Part shown: positions 60,833-64,000 of the stretch, one piece after another
Position numbering within the stretch: position 1 is the stretch's first letter
How the letters are laid out: every line of letters begins with the position of its first letter
Assembly: GCA_050230475.1 (NCBI GenBank)
Contig: JBFLGF010000109.1
Span: 1-64,000, forward strand
Origin: Ancylonema sp.
Lineage: Eukaryota
Length of the DNA: 64,000 nt
Reading direction: 5' to 3'
Notes under the pieces: model-generated
Told to the model about the DNA's origin: nothing
The model's database searches: none
What the model saw: only the letters and a program-made list of their open reading frames with translations
Made by a program: the position numbers and the translations under genes

Positions 60833-63400
60833 TGTCATGACGCTGGAGATCGCTAAGGCAGAAACCCCTCTATATTGATCAAAAACCCTCCTTGATTAAT
60901 ACTCCTTTATAACGAGAGTATTCGATATAACGATTTATAGAATTAGTACTTTACAAGAAAAATAGTGAAGTACGATTTTTGTACGACTTGAAAATAACGC
61001 GTGGCGTATTTTCCAAAGTCTAGATTCCAACAGTTTCAACAAATAGCTTCGTGTCGATTTTTGTAAAATCACAAGTCACTTTCGAACTTGTCGATAATCT
61101 CGGCCATAAAATCCAGCCGTAGAACTAGAGTAATATCTTGCGCCGTTTCATCGTAGCGTCGAGATTAAATTGAAAGTTCTAGAAGCCAGCCTGTCGTAAT
61201 CTTCGATAGAGTAACTCTAGTAACTCTGCCGGTTAGCACCACGCAACAACTTTTGTTTAAAATACAATTTGTACTTTCAGATCTGCCAGCTTCCGCTGTC
61301 AGATTGCGTTGTTAAGAAACCCCTCAACAATCTCTGTATAATCTGAATTCCTTGCAATTCTGTGTGTTTGCATCCCTTCGCTTACGCGACTTCGCAATGT
61401 GCGTGTTTTCGGTCTCAGCCTGACATCCATCAGCGAGACTGTAAGTTCTGCAAATTATCATTTGCAACTTGTGTGTATGTGTGTTTGATTCATCTGAATT
61501 TGTTGCTGACGCTCTTTCTCAGCCAGCCGTGTAATCGATTGTAATTTCTTGCATCGATTCGTTGACGCTCTCTCTGAGCCAGCAAGCGTGTGTGTGTGTG
61601 TGAATTCTGTCGATTTGTTGGCGTTCGCTCCGGCGCTCTGGCGCTCCGGCGCTCTGGCGCTCTCGCGTTCGCTCGCACTTTCATTGTTGTATTATCGTGT
61701 CTGCTCTTGCTCACACCGAGCCAGCAATTGTTGTTTACACACGTCTGCTGACGCTCTTTCTGAGCCAGCATCTTTTATCGACGCGCCGTCGACACTTTTA
61801 CTTTTGCACCGAAAGTAACTCTTACGATTGTTGACCTTGATAGTCTGCACCAGACTATCTTGTTTGTGTTACAGTAAATTTATACGACTTTAGTGTTGTA
61901 GTACATCTGTTAGCTTGCCCTCAACGTTAAGTAGTGAATTTCACCAGACCGCTGAGACGTGTGATATATGTAATATTGATATCTCAGCAGAGACTCAATC
62001 TGCAATACTACTTCAATCCGACAGCGGAAGACCTTGATTTTTTGAAAATAAAAGTTTGTAACAAACATTGTGATCATAAAAAAAATTACACCTTTATATT
62101 TTCTGACTACTACTTCATTGACGATATCCACTTCTCATCTACCAACTCAATGATAGAAGTTATATAACCATGGCCATTGGGTCGAAAGAGCATCCAAGAC
62201 TGGATACATGCTAAACAAGTTGACTTCAGGAAAATATCTGCTTTCTATGACGATATATCTGGGGCAAGATTTTCGATATTACAAACTGGGACTCATTCAG
62301 AGTCAAATTGAGGAACAAAACAAAATGGTACACCTATTACCACCTTATATGCGAGAACAAACATTGCCGCACGTCCAAATGTTACAAAAATACAGAGGCA
62401 GGTGTGGCAGGAGCACATCCCTCGTCATCCCACCATGCAGTTGCTTCAAGAAGAAGAGGTATGGAAAGCTACACTAGCTTTTGCACGATACGAGCAGCCT
62501 AAGACCGAAGAAGTTGATCCACCAGCTTACACGGTAATGGCGCCTCAGTCAGAAATTCATGCAGGAACAGTTCACGTATCTGATGAACAACTCAAACGAG
62601 TGCTGGAAAAACCGACGACAAAGCTTCGCACGACTACAACATTCACGAAGATTGGACACAACCTTGGGTAATATGTCGATAATTACCAAGACCCTCAGCC
62701 ACCATGCACATCGACACCATTCGAGTGTGCACGGAATCAGACACCAACCATACCCGATATCGATGAATCACACGATGCCATCGAAAAGGAACTACGATGT
62801 TACTTATGTGGACAAACAGGACATACCATGACAAATTGCCCTCAACGACGCAATATCTTACTCGATTCACCTCAGGGAGAGGGACCACCACCACATGACT
62901 ATCCTCGACAAGCATAGATGCCAAAACCACCAATGACACTCTCTGTAATGGGACCAGAAAACACCAAACCACCTGTAATTCCTTGCAACGCTAGGTTGAC
63001 AACCAGCTGGCATATACGAACCGCAGACAACAATCAATCGATACCTACCATTGGTGGAGAAACACTTTCACCACCAATATTCGATTTAGGTGCTCAGAAT
63101 GTAACCATCGGTACCAAATTCGCCAAACAATTCATGCTCAAACCACAAGATCTTGATCCAGGCGAAGAATACGTCACTTCGGATGGAAAATACCAACAAT
63201 CTTTGGGCACTACCAAGATAGCATACACCATCACCATTGGACAAGGCAAGAACCAAACCTCGGTTAACGCCAAGCTTCATCTGACACCTTCAGACAAATA
63301 CGAGGTTATGTTGGGAAGTACTTTCCTGGGACCAATGGGAGGTATTACAAACCCATGGAGTCAACACTTCCATTATCGCGTTGACTAGCAGAAGCAAGGC
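60833..63400 (+). mobile_element. 5' part of a third Gypsy element of the same lineage: LTR (~60833-61873), decayed internal region and aspartic protease
   Basis: Starts tgtcatgacgctggagatc like the other LTRs and shares blocks with them (aaaataacgcgtggcgt vs 12179-12196; ataaaatccagccgta vs 12045-12060; ttccgctgtcag vs 26496-26507). The protease IFDLGAQNVTIG...VMLGSTFL is at 62918-63388. Confidence 0.8.
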
Positions 63401-64000
63401 TGTCATGCCTCTATGAATCGTTAGCCGAAAACCCCTCTATTTTAATAAGAATATTAAAATAGCGGCACCGCTATGTTTTTTCGCCTTGTGACGACTCCGC
63501 CCCTGCTCATTTCATTCCGAGCGTCGTCGTTGACCGGCGCCCCTTTAATTAAGTTTTGAGTAGTCAACCTTTGACTAGCTCACCTTTGTATTTGAATTGA
63601 TTAGACTACGTGTCAGACTTGTCACCAATATAAATCGTGACCGTAGCTCTTTAGATCAACCGCTCATAGTCAAATAGAGATGTCTCCAGCCAATTATAGC
63701 GTGCGCGCCGAGTTGATATAGATATTATTGCCACGCGTACCGTAGTGGCTATACATAATGACCCGGGTTTTTTAAAACGAATTAATTTAGCTAAGAAACC
63801 ATCACTTGACCCAACCCGCGCACCCAATAGAAAATTTCCCAAAATCATGAAAAATATTTATTACTTGGTGACCCACATTATAGAATGACCCACTTTTTTT
63901 AAAAGAAAATGAATTATTTAATTCGACCCGACCCACCCTTTTCATAATTATTTGTGGGTCATTATGCGTGGCCAGTACGGTATCCCAGCGAGCGCGCGAG

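Overview
Intron-rich eukaryotic DNA, most likely from a streptophyte (charophyte-type) green alga; this is inferred from the gene content and not established. Four recognisable spliced host genes are present: a 5-exon FUSC/ALMT-superfamily membrane transporter (915-6273, +) preceded by a candidate 48-aa uORF, a 3-exon BES1/BZR1 transcription factor (18415-20222, +), a VHL-beta-domain protein (41193-39916, -), and a ~26-exon homomeric acetyl-CoA carboxylase (42273-55482, +) divergent from the VHL gene. A weakly supported unknown spliced gene lies at ~56.1-58.1 kb (-). The intergenic space holds a decayed Copia element whose 3' LTR is split by a ~425-bp inversion, three elements of one Gypsy lineage, a nested gag+chromodomain-only element and many small TIR elements. 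The most interesting signals are: (1) an 11-kb LTR element with well-matched LTRs that has lost RNase H and integrase and nearly all of RT, yet keeps a long DNMT3-like cytosine-methyltransferase domain lacking the catalytic Cys and ENV motifs; (2) a VHL domain with an intact hydroxyproline pocket; (3) gene-body architecture in which exons run C-rich to G-rich, several introns have no polypyrimidine tract, and TGACGTGGCA recurs near acceptors. All family calls come from motif recognition by eye; no searches were run.
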